Positions 1-7,667 of a stretch of 64,000 nucleotides of DNA are shown one piece after another (within the stretch, counting starts at the first letter, position 1; each line of letters starts with the position of its first letter). This stretch comes from a virus (Duplodnaviria > Caudoviricetes): positions 1,694 to 65,693 of IMG/VR virus record IMGVR_UViG_3300036770_000417. One strand, written 5' to 3'. The position numbers and the translations under genes were made by a program. Under the pieces are notes generated by a model, which saw only the letters and a program-made list of their open reading frames with translations, was not told the DNA's origin and did not search any database.

Positions 1-3
1 ACT

Positions 4-1059
4 ATGTTCGACGGCGCCATCCTGTCGTGGCGGTTCGGTATCAGGCCCAAGGCGTATCTGGACACGCTGTCCATGGCGCGCGCCCTGCACGGCACCGAGG
101 TAGGCGGGAGCCTCAAGGTGCTCGTCGAACGCTACGGGCTGGGTGCCAAGGGCACTGAGGTGCTCAACGCACTGGGTAAGCGCCGCCGGGACTTCACCGA
201 GGAAGAACTCAGCCGGTATGGGGACTACTGCGTCAACGACGTGGAGCTGACCTACAAGCTGTTTCACAAGATGGGTGCGGGCTTCCCGAAAAAGGAGCTC
301 AAGCTGATCGACCTGACGCTACGCATGTTCACTGAGCCGGTGCTGGAGCTCGACCGCCCGCACTTGGAGCAGCACCTCGACGCCACCGTGAAGATGAAAG
401 AGCAGCTGCTGGTGGACGCAGGGGTGACGGACAAGGCAGACCTCATGTCCAACCCGAAGTTTGCACAGCTGCTGACGCAGTTAAGCGTGAGCCCTCCGAC
501 GAAACTTAGCCCCACGACTGGCAAGGAAGCCTTCGCGTTTGCCAAGAGCGACGAGGAGTTCAAGGCACTGCTGGAGCATGAGGACGCACGGGTGCAGGCG
601 CTGGTCGCCGCAAGACTGGGTAACAAGTCAACGCTGGAGGAGACCCGCACGCAGCGGTTCATCAACATCGCCGAGCGGGGCACCCTACCGGTGCCTATCC
701 GATACTACGCAGCACACACGGGGCGCTGGGGTGGTTGCTTAGTTGCCGATACAGAGGTAACGGTGTTTGACAAAACTCGCGGAGTCTGCAAGAAGAAGAT
801 CGTCGATGTACTGGCTGACGACCTTGTGTGGGATGGCGTGGAGTTCGTCGCACATGACGGTGTTGTATTCAGCGGCTACGCCGAGGTCATCGAGTGGGAC
901 GGAGTGCGGGGGACCGAGGACCATGTCGTATTTACAGACGCCGGAGAGATTAGCCTACGAGACGCGAAAGCGGGAGGCCACAACATCCAAACTGCAGGCA
1001 TCCCTGACAAAGACGCTGTGGACTCGGCTCGACACTGGGTTAGTGAGTACGAAGAGTAA
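4..1059 (+). CDS. polA: DNA polymerase family A, N-terminal part (5'-truncated by window edge) fused to N-half of split intein
   Basis: 3'-5' exonuclease-like motifs (FD..IL, LDTLSMAR, YCVNDVELTY) and YYAAHTGRWGG, immediately followed by intein block A CLVADTEV. Confidence 0.9.
   Translation: MFDGAILSWRFGIRPKAYLDTLSMARALHGTEVGGSLKVLVERYGLGAKGTEVLNALGKRRRDFTEEELSRYGDYCVNDVELTYKLFHKMGAGFPKKELKLIDLTLRMFTEPVLELDRPHLEQHLDATVKMKEQLLVDAGVTDKADLMSNPKFAQLLTQLSVSPPTKLSPTTGKEAFAFAKSDEEFKALLEHEDARVQALVAARLGNKSTLEETRTQRFINIAERGTLPVPIRYYAAHTGRWGGCLVADTEVTVFDKTRGVCKKKIVDVLADDLVWDGVEFVAHDGVVFSGYAEVIEWDGVRGTEDHVVFTDAGEISLRDAKAGGHNIQTAGIPDKDAVDSARHWVSEYEE
736..1059 (+). mobile_element. Split intein N-fragment (IntN, 107 aa)
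   Basis: Starts with Cys (CLVADTEV, block A); has block B GTEDHVVFT; ends at TAA 1057-1059 with no C-terminal HN motif. Confidence 0.88.
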
Positions 1060-1690
1060 GGTCCGCTGTCGGTGTACCTGCGGGCGCGAAGCACAAGTGC
1101 GTGTTGCTGAGTTGTTAGCAGGAAAATCGCGCAGCTGTCGGTCATGTAGTGTGAGGTTGAGGATGGCTAGACTGCCGCCAGACCTACGCGTGCAGCTGGC
1201 TAAGAACGCTTCGACCGCGGCGGTGGCCGCGGTCGCCAAGCGAGAAGACCATCTTGTATCTGAGTTCGGCGCTGCTGCGGTCAGGTCTGTGCTGAACATA
1301 CTGTCGGGAGCCAAGCAACGATGCACGAACCCCAACTGTAGCCAGTACGCGGGCTACGGGCTTCGGGGTATAGAGTTTCGATTCCCGTCTGTGCGCGCCG
1401 GTGCGGAGTGGCTGCTCAAGAACATAGGCCCTCGACCGGCAGGCAGGTTCAGTCTCGACCGTATCGACAACAACCGACACTACGAACCGGGAAACCTCCG
1501 GTGGGCTACATACAGCGAACAGGCCCGCAACAAGCGTACGTATATACGCACTAAGGCGGGAGAGCGGATTCGGGTGCTCATGCAGCAGCGCTCCGATCTA
1601 ACCTATGAAACCGTGCGCCTATGGATAAAGCAAGGCGCCACCGATGAAGAGATATTAGGGAGAACGAAATATGCTCGTACCAGTGTATGA
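923..1690 (+). CDS. HNH-type homing endonuclease between the split-intein halves
   Basis: CRCTCG..KSRSC zinc motif, KQRCTNPN..YGLRGI, SLDRIDNNRHYEPGNLRWAT..EQARN. The ORF is open from 767; ATG 923 is my chosen start and is uncertain. Confidence 0.85.
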   Translation: MSYLQTPERLAYETRKREATTSKLQASLTKTLWTRLDTGLVSTKSKVRCRCTCGREAQVRVAELLAGKSRSCRSCSVRLRMARLPPDLRVQLAKNASTAAVAAVAKREDHLVSEFGAAAVRSVLNILSGAKQRCTNPNCSQYAGYGLRGIEFRFPSVRAGAEWLLKNIGPRPAGRFSLDRIDNNRHYEPGNLRWATYSEQARNKRTYIRTKAGERIRVLMQQRSDLTYETVRLWIKQGATDEEILGRTKYARTSV

Positions 1691-1748
1691 CATACGCAAC
1701 TGCGGCCCCCGGCACCGGTTTGTGGCTAACGGAAAGCTCGTGCACAAC
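1671..1748 (+). mobile_element. Split intein C-fragment (IntC)
   Basis: Block F VYDI..GPRHRFVANG and block G LVHN, followed by Ser at 1749. Confidence 0.88.
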
Positions 1749-2627
1749 TCGGACAGTATCAACCTGCAGAACCTGCCAAGCCGCGGGCCTAACGCCAAGC
1801 AGATCAAGAAGGCTATCGTCGCACCCGAGGGCTACACACTGATCGAGGCCGACTCATCGCAGATCGAGGCCCGCGTGCTCGCGTGGCTGGCTGGGCAGGA
1901 CGACATTGTTAGTGCCTTCGCTAACAAACAGGACGTCTACAAGAAGATGGCGTCGGCGATCTACAGCAAAGATGAGGGCGAGATCGACAAGCAGGAGCGG
2001 CACGTCGGCAAGACAACGGTGCTCGGATGCGGCTACGGCATGGGGGCGCCGAAGTTCCAAGACGCACTGAAAAACGGCTTCCCGCCTGTGGAGCTCCCGC
2101 TCGACGAGGCCCGCCGAATCATCAACGTGTATCGGGATACCAACTGGAAGATCGTGCAGCTGTGGCGTAACGCGCAGAACGCCCTCGTAGCTATGTCGCG
2201 TGGTGACACGTCACCGATAGACGTCCACGGACTTCTGGAGGTGGTGCCGGACGCACCCGGTATCCGCCTGCCGTCGGGCCTGATCGTGCGCTACGACGAC
2301 CTGCGGTTCGACGAGACCGAGAAGGGCGTGCAGTTCCACTACAACACCCGACAGGGCCGCACGCGTATATACGGCGGGAAGGTTGTGGAGAACGTAACGC
2401 AGGGCGTAGCGCGCTGCATCATCGGCGAGCAGATGTTGAGGATTGCCAAGACGTATCGCGTAGTGTTAACTGTTCACGATAGCATCGTGTGCCTCGTCCG
2501 CGACGAGGAGGTGCCCGAGGCGCAGGCGTTCATCGAGGCAGAGATGCGGCGACCCCCCGAGTGGGCACCGGGGCTGCCGGTGGACTGCGAGTCAGGCGTC
2601 GGAAAAAGCTACGGAGATTGTGAGTGA
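1671..2627 (+). CDS. polA: Split intein C-fragment (26 aa) fused to C-terminal polymerase domain of family A DNA polymerase
   Basis: MLVPVYDI...FVANGKLVHN|S followed by DSINLQNLP, ADSSQIEARVLAWLA (motif A), KTTVLGCGYG (motif B), LTVHDSIV (motif C); GGGAG SD upstream. Confidence 0.92.
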   Translation: MLVPVYDIRNCGPRHRFVANGKLVHNSDSINLQNLPSRGPNAKQIKKAIVAPEGYTLIEADSSQIEARVLAWLAGQDDIVSAFANKQDVYKKMASAIYSKDEGEIDKQERHVGKTTVLGCGYGMGAPKFQDALKNGFPPVELPLDEARRIINVYRDTNWKIVQLWRNAQNALVAMSRGDTSPIDVHGLLEVVPDAPGIRLPSGLIVRYDDLRFDETEKGVQFHYNTRQGRTRIYGGKVVENVTQGVARCIIGEQMLRIAKTYRVVLTVHDSIVCLVRDEEVPEAQAFIEAEMRRPPEWAPGLPVDCESGVGKSYGDCE

Positions 2628-3289
2628 GCGCAGCGCCTTGGTCGTTCAGCAAGATGAAAGCCTTCGAGACCTGCCCTAAGCAGTTCTACCATGTGAACGT
2701 GCTCAAGCAGTTCCCGTTCCAAGAGACCGAGGCCATGCGGTATGGCACCGAGTTTCACAAGGCGGCGGAGGAGTTCATGCGCGACGGCACCCCCATACCG
2801 GGGAAGTTTGCGTTTGCGGCCAAGGCGCTGGAGTCCCTCAGGGCGAAGCCGGGGGAGAAGATATGTGAGCAGAAGCTAGGGCTGACCGAGAACCTAGACC
2901 CGTGCAGCTTCTTTGCTAAGGAGGTGTGGTTCCGCGGCATCGCAGACCTCATCATCCTCGACGCCGACAGTGCATGGGTGGTGGATTACAAGACCGGGAA
3001 GTCTGCACGCTACGCAGACAAGGGGCAGCTGGAGTTGATGGCGCTCGCGGTGTTCAAGCACTACCCACAGGTAAAGCGGGTGCGTGCCGGCCTGCTGTTC
3101 GTCATCGCCAACGACCTCATAAAAGACAGCTACGAGGTCAGCGCAGAAGCAATTATGTGGGGCAAATGGCTCGCAGACTATGGTAGGATGCAGAAAGCGT
3201 TCGAAACGAACGTGTGGAACCCGCGCCCGTCCGGCCTGTGCAAGCGGCACTGTCCGGTCACGGAGTGCCCGCACAACGGAGCTCACTGA
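2624..3289 (+). CDS. PD-(D/E)XK exonuclease (RecB/Cas4-like)
   Basis: WSFS..FETCP, GTEFH, RGIADL, VVDYKTG, QLELMAL, C-terminal LC..C...C cluster. Confidence 0.85.
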   Translation: MSAAPWSFSKMKAFETCPKQFYHVNVLKQFPFQETEAMRYGTEFHKAAEEFMRDGTPIPGKFAFAAKALESLRAKPGEKICEQKLGLTENLDPCSFFAKEVWFRGIADLIILDADSAWVVDYKTGKSARYADKGQLELMALAVFKHYPQVKRVRAGLLFVIANDLIKDSYEVSAEAIMWGKWLADYGRMQKAFETNVWNPRPSGLCKRHCPVTECPHNGAH

Positions 3290-3552
3290 TGCCATACGTC
3301 AACAAGCCACGGCCCTATGAGAAAGAATACCGCCAGCAGTTGGCGCGTGATGAAGGCGACGAGCGTCTGGAGCGGCAGCGTGCCCGCACTGCGTTCGACA
3401 AGAAGAACGGCAAGAGCGCTCGCAAGGGCAAGGACATAAGCCACAACAAAGCCCTGTCCAAGGGCGGCAGTAACAAGGACGGATACCGCCTAGAGAGCCC
3501 GTCGAAGAACCGGGCACACGGCGGCTCTATAAGCAAGCCACCACGAAAGTGA
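3289..3552 (+). CDS. Small basic HNH-like protein
   Basis: ATG overlaps upstream TGA; GKDISHNKALSKGGSN..SKNR resembles minimal phage HNH proteins. Confidence 0.6.
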   Translation: MPYVNKPRPYEKEYRQQLARDEGDERLERQRARTAFDKKNGKSARKGKDISHNKALSKGGSNKDGYRLESPSKNRAHGGSISKPPRK

Positions 3553-3584
3553 GTTAGTGCAGCACTAACTTCTGAGGAGTTATC

Positions 3585-5999
3585 ATGGATATCGTCAACA
3601 ATAAGGCGCTGCTGTTGAAGCTGCGCCACCCAAGCCGCGTCACTACGGTCATCGAAAAGAGCCAAGAGGTGCGACCGCACGAAGTGCTGGTGCGCTGGGG
3701 TGTCGACGAGGTGCACAAGCTGCGCGACCTCAACATCTCCGCACCGTCACCGATAGAGGGCAGGTACAACTGGCCCGGACGATGGGCGCCAATGTCGCAC
3801 CAGCGTACCACAGCATCGTTTCTTACCAAGCACCGCAAGGCGTTCTGCTTCTCGGAGCAGGGTACCGGCAAGACTGCCTCGGCCATCTGGGCTGCGGACT
3901 TCCTGATGACGCAGGGCAAGGTGCGTCGGGCACTCGTGGTCTGCCCCATCTCGATCATGGACAGTGCATGGCGCAACGACCTGTTCAACTTTGCGATGCA
4001 CCGGACGGTGGACGTGGCCTACGGCGGTGCGGAGAAACGCAAGAAGATCATCGCAAACGGTGCGGAGTTCGTCATCATCAACTACGACGGCATCGAGGTG
4101 GTGCAGAACGAGATTGCCAACGGGGGCTTCGACCTCATCATCGTAGACGAGTGCTTTGTAGCGGGCACGCCCGTACACACACCAGACGGCCTGACGCTAA
4201 TTGAAAACCTGCGGGTCGGTGACGCGGTCTTTACAAGTAACGGAGTACACAATATAAGTACTGTGTCTAAGCGGAAACCAAGCGCGCTTGTGGAGGTTAC
4301 ACTTGACACTGGAGAGCTCATCACCTGCACTCCGGAGCATCCTTTCTTCACTGACTGGGGTTGGGTGCCCGCCAAAGCTCTTGCAGGTAGACGGATCGTG
4401 TCTGCATCTAGCCTGCCCAATATGCGGGGCGGCGTATACGCTCCGCACGGCGAAGTGGCAGTTTCACCGAAAAGCGGGAACCCACACTGGGATGACTTGC
4501 TCGCGATCCTGCGGTCGGAAGAGGTGGCACCAACTACATCCGGGGGAGTCAGCACTCAAGCGATTGACCGCAGAGCAACGGGCGTTGGGCGTTCGGTCGG
4601 GGTTTCACCGGACAGCGGAGCAGCGAGCACACCTGTCGAAAGTAGCGAAGGAGAGAGGGCTCCGCCCGGTAGTTCGCGGCGGGAACGGAACTGGAATGAC
4701 CGGGCCAGAGAAGCAGCTTTTGCCGACGCTCCCGACGGGGTGGGTATGGAACTTCCCAGTAGCGTTGGGTCGCAGGCAGCGCGGCTTTCCTACGCACTTC
4801 AAGCTAGACTTCGCGTGGCCAGAAAAGAAAATCGGGTTGGAGGTGGATGGAAACAGCCACCGGACGACAAAGGGTCAGGCGCGGGACAAGCGGAAAACGG
4901 AGACGCTTTCGGTGCTCGGGTGGATAGTGTTACGTATCGGAAACCGAGAAGTGACGAATACGTCTACAACCTCGAAGTTGCTGGAACGCCTAACTACTTT
5001 GTTGGGGAACAACGAGCGCTAGCGCACAACTGCACACACTACAAGACGGCAACGACCAAGCGCTGGAAGGTGCTGAACTCTCTGGTGAAGCCGGAGACTT
5101 GGGTGTGGCTGATGACGGGCACACCCGCTGCACAGTCACCGCTGGACGCCTATGGTCTGGCTAAGCTGGTCAACCCCAACAACGTGCCGCGGTTCTTTGG
5201 CTCGTTCCGGGATCAGATTATGACGAAGCTGACGCAGTTTCAGTGGGTGCCGAAGGCAAACGCATCGGAGGTCGTGTTCAACGCACTGCAACCTGCCATA
5301 CGGTTCACGAAGGCCGAGTGCTTGGACCTCCCTGAGATGGTGTACGTCAAACGGGAGATCGCCCTGACCAAGCAGCAAGTGAAATACTACAACCTGCTGA
5401 AGCAGCGTATGGTCATGGAGGCCGCAGGCGAAGAAGTCACCGCGGTCAACGCCGCCGTGAACATGAACAAGCTTCTGCAGATCAGTGCGGGGGCTGTCTA
5501 CGCCGACAGCGGCGAGGCGCTGGAGTTCGACATCCAGCCTCGCTACCAAGTGCTGCAGGAGGTCATCGCCGAGACCAAGAACAAGGTGCTCGTGTTCGTG
5601 CCGTTCAAGCACACCATCGACCTGCTCACGACTAAGCTGCGCGCTGATGGGGTGAGTACCGAGGTCATCCGAGGCGATGTGCCTGCCAGCAAGCGCACCG
5701 AAATATTCAAGGCGTTCCAAGAGCAGCCTAACCCCCGCGTGCTGGTGATTCAGCCGCAGTCAGCCGCGCATGGTGTGACACTGACCGCAGCCGACACGGT
5801 AGTGTGGTGGGGGCCCACGCCGTCACTGGAGACCTACGCACAAGCCAACGCGCGCGTGCACCGCACGGGGCAGAAGAACAAGTGCACTGTCGTACAGCTG
5901 TACGGCTCGCCTGTAGAAAAGCGTGTCTATGCGATGCTCGATAACAGGATTGACGTCCACACAAGAATGATCGAGTTATACAAAGATATGCTTGACTAG
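3585..5999 (+). CDS. SNF2-like superfamily 2 helicase containing an intein
   Basis: EQGTGKT (Walker A), IIVDE|CTHYK (Walker B split by intein), MTGTP, HGVTLTAA, QANARVHRTGQ; GAGGAG SD. Confidence 0.92.
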   Translation: MDIVNNKALLLKLRHPSRVTTVIEKSQEVRPHEVLVRWGVDEVHKLRDLNISAPSPIEGRYNWPGRWAPMSHQRTTASFLTKHRKAFCFSEQGTGKTASAIWAADFLMTQGKVRRALVVCPISIMDSAWRNDLFNFAMHRTVDVAYGGAEKRKKIIANGAEFVIINYDGIEVVQNEIANGGFDLIIVDECFVAGTPVHTPDGLTLIENLRVGDAVFTSNGVHNISTVSKRKPSALVEVTLDTGELITCTPEHPFFTDWGWVPAKALAGRRIVSASSLPNMRGGVYAPHGEVAVSPKSGNPHWDDLLAILRSEEVAPTTSGGVSTQAIDRRATGVGRSVGVSPDSGAASTPVESSEGERAPPGSSRRERNWNDRAREAAFADAPDGVGMELPSSVGSQAARLSYALQARLRVARKENRVGGGWKQPPDDKGSGAGQAENGDAFGARVDSVTYRKPRSDEYVYNLEVAGTPNYFVGEQRALAHNCTHYKTATTKRWKVLNSLVKPETWVWLMTGTPAAQSPLDAYGLAKLVNPNNVPRFFGSFRDQIMTKLTQFQWVPKANASEVVFNALQPAIRFTKAECLDLPEMVYVKREIALTKQQVKYYNLLKQRMVMEAAGEEVTAVNAAVNMNKLLQISAGAVYADSGEALEFDIQPRYQVLQEVIAETKNKVLVFVPFKHTIDLLTTKLRADGVSTEVIRGDVPASKRTEIFKAFQEQPNPRVLVIQPQSAAHGVTLTAADTVVWWGPTPSLETYAQANARVHRTGQKNKCTVVQLYGSPVEKRVYAMLDNRIDVHTRMIELYKDMLD
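4152..5030 (+). mobile_element. Intein (293 aa) inserted in helicase Walker B
   Basis: CFVAGTPV (block A), ITCTPEHPFFT (block B), VYNLEVAGTPNYFV (block F), AHN|C (block G); the middle ~190 aa has no recognisable domain in this frame. Confidence 0.92.
4303..5022 (+). CDS. Vsr/DUF559-like (EDxHD-type) homing endonuclease nested in +1 frame inside the helicase intein
   Basis: CPICG..CSRSCG zinc motif; KLDFAWPEKKIGLEVDGNSH..QARDKRK..LGWIVLRI catalytic core. The ORF is open from 4288; candidate TTG start at 4303 lies 5 nt after GGAGGT. Confidence 0.85.
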   Translation: MTLESSSPALRSILSSLTGVGCPPKLLQVDGSCLHLACPICGAAYTLRTAKWQFHRKAGTHTGMTCSRSCGRKRWHQLHPGESALKRLTAEQRALGVRSGFHRTAEQRAHLSKVAKERGLRPVVRGGNGTGMTGPEKQLLPTLPTGWVWNFPVALGRRQRGFPTHFKLDFAWPEKKIGLEVDGNSHRTTKGQARDKRKTETLSVLGWIVLRIGNREVTNTSTTSKLLERLTTLLGNNER

Positions 6000-6020
6000 C
6001 GCAAACTAGCGCAATATATA
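5992..6020 (+). promoter_or_regulatory. Candidate sigma70-like promoter
   Basis: TTGACT-17nt-TATATA with a CTAGCGCAA direct repeat across the spacer, upstream of AAGGAG SD. Confidence 0.45.
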
Positions 6021-6045
6021 ACAAGAATCACTAGCCAAGGAGACT

Positions 6046-6447
6046 GTGATGACTGAAGCAAGCATCCCGGTCGAGAAGCTCGCTAAAGCGTACCTGAAGA
6101 TCAGGGCCAAGCGCGCAGAGCTCTCGGCGACGTTTAAGGAGGAGGACGACCGCCTTGTCAGGCAGCAGGACAAGGTGAAGCACGCGCTCTTGGAATACTG
6201 CAAGACGCAGGGTGTCGAGAGTGTCCGCACGTCTGAGGGGCTGTTCTACCGTTCGATCAAGACGCGCTACTGGACGAGCGACTGGGAGTCGATGCACCGG
6301 TTCATACTGGCCAACGAAGTCCCTGAGTTCTTCGAGAAGCGCCTCAACCAGTCGGCGGTCAAGCAGTTCTTGGACGAAAACCCCGACCTTGTACCGCCGG
6401 GTCTAAATGTGGACTCGGAGTACACAATAGCCGTAAGGAAGAAATGA
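6046..6447 (+). CDS. Conserved phage replication-region protein
   Basis: Coiled-coil N-terminus, SVRTSEG, WTSDWE, FFEKRL, VPPGLNV; AAGGAG SD. Confidence 0.7.
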   Translation: MMTEASIPVEKLAKAYLKIRAKRAELSATFKEEDDRLVRQQDKVKHALLEYCKTQGVESVRTSEGLFYRSIKTRYWTSDWESMHRFILANEVPEFFEKRLNQSAVKQFLDENPDLVPPGLNVDSEYTIAVRKK

Positions 6448-6689
6448 TGTCTGGACCTTATGTCCCGATTGAAGACGTGGCCAAGCACCTCAGCGTGTCC
6501 GTGTCCACCGTACGAAAGTGGGTGCGGGAGAAGCACATCCCCCGCGCCACCTACATCAAGGTAGGTAACACCTATCGCTTCGACGTCGCGGCCATCGCCG
6601 CGGCCCTGATACCGGTTGACAACGAGGAGCTGTTGCTGCTCGATGACGACCTTCCCGACCTAACAACAAACGTCGATGACGACTTCTGA
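6444..6689 (+). CDS. Excisionase-like HTH DNA-binding protein
   Basis: IEDVAKHLSVSVSTVRKWVREKHIP..IKVGNTYRF. Confidence 0.75.
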   Translation: MMSGPYVPIEDVAKHLSVSVSTVRKWVREKHIPRATYIKVGNTYRFDVAAIAAALIPVDNEELLLLDDDLPDLTTNVDDDF

Positions 6690-6699
6690 GGAGTTTACC

Positions 6700-7584
6700 A
6701 TGTCTGAACTTACCCTGTTCCAGAACAGTGCGATTGCTAAGAGCGACCTGTTCCAGTCGCTCATGGATACCACGAAAGCCCTCATGGGTGGCGGCGGCGG
6801 GATGCGCCGCATCAGCATCAAGGGCGGTCGCTTCCGCGAGATCGTCGGCGGCCAGCAGGTGAACGTGAACAGCTCCGGCTCGATCAACGTCGTGATCGTC
6901 AACGCTGCGGCAATCTCACGCACCTACTACGCGGGCGCCTACGACCCCGATACACCAGCAGCGCCGACCTGCTGGTCGACGGATACGAACACCCCTGCAG
7001 CCGAGGTGCCGGCAAACCAGCGGCAGGCCGCGCGCTGCGCCGACTGCAAGATGAACATCAAGGGCTCCGGTGCCGGCGAGAGCCGGGCGTGCCGGTTCAA
7101 CCAGCGGCTGGCTGTGGTGCTGGAGGGGCAATACGACACGGTGTATCAGCTTCAGCTGCCCGCTACGTCTGTCTTCGGTGAGGCCAAGGATGGCAAGATG
7201 CCGATGCAAGCCTATGCCAAGTATCTGCACGCGCACAACGCACCGGCCATCGCTATCGTCACGCAGGTCTACTTCGATGTGAACGCCGAGACCCCCAAGC
7301 TGTTCTTCAAGGCCGTGCGACCGCTCGAAGAGGCGGAGCTCAAGGAAGTGCTTGAAGCCAAGGACTCCGACGATGCGATCAAGGCTATCACCCTGACCGT
7401 CGCGCAGACTGACGGGGTGCAGGCAACGACGAAGACCGAGGCCAAGGTCGAGACGAAGGCGGAGCCCAAGGCGGCGCCGAAGGAAGAGGCCACCGAGGAG
7501 CCGATGAAAATCGAGAAGAAGTCGGCCCCCGCACCCAAGAGTGACGATGATCTTGCCGACATCGTCGACGCTTGGGACGACTGA
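6700..7584 (+). CDS. Probable ssDNA-binding/annealing protein
   Basis: RISIKGGRFR, PTCWS..C..C..C motif, acidic C-terminal tail ending DAWDD; GAGGAG SD. Confidence 0.65.
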   Translation: MSELTLFQNSAIAKSDLFQSLMDTTKALMGGGGGMRRISIKGGRFREIVGGQQVNVNSSGSINVVIVNAAAISRTYYAGAYDPDTPAAPTCWSTDTNTPAAEVPANQRQAARCADCKMNIKGSGAGESRACRFNQRLAVVLEGQYDTVYQLQLPATSVFGEAKDGKMPMQAYAKYLHAHNAPAIAIVTQVYFDVNAETPKLFFKAVRPLEEAELKEVLEAKDSDDAIKAITLTVAQTDGVQATTKTEAKVETKAEPKAAPKEEATEEPMKIEKKSAPAPKSDDDLADIVDAWDD

Positions 7585-7596
7585 GCGACATCAACT

Positions 7597-7645
7597 GCCG
7601 CGGCTAGGTATATGCCGAACGGGTGTGGGAGCACCCTGCCGCGGC
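7597..7645 (+). other. Candidate structured RNA/ssDNA element (three-way junction)
   Basis: Self-complementary GCCGCGGC at both ends encloses GGTATATGCC and a GGGTGT-GGGA-GCACCC hairpin. Confidence 0.45.
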
Positions 7646-7667
7646 GTCTCTCAGTCTAAGGTGAAGC

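Noticed and set aside
1059-1671. Group I intron or pseudogene explanation for the broken polymerase
   Set aside because: Both flanks carry intein blocks, the C-half has its own SD/ATG, and catalytic motifs are intact
2624-3289. Cas4-like nuclease as evidence of a CRISPR system
   Set aside because: Solo PD-(D/E)XK nucleases are routine in phage replication modules; no array or other cas genes
6444-6689. Excisionase-like gene as evidence of a prophage or temperate lifestyle
   Set aside because: No integrase, repressor or host genes in the window; lifestyle cannot be determined
7597-7645. Hammerhead ribozyme
   Set aside because: Lacks the CUGAnGA and GAAA core
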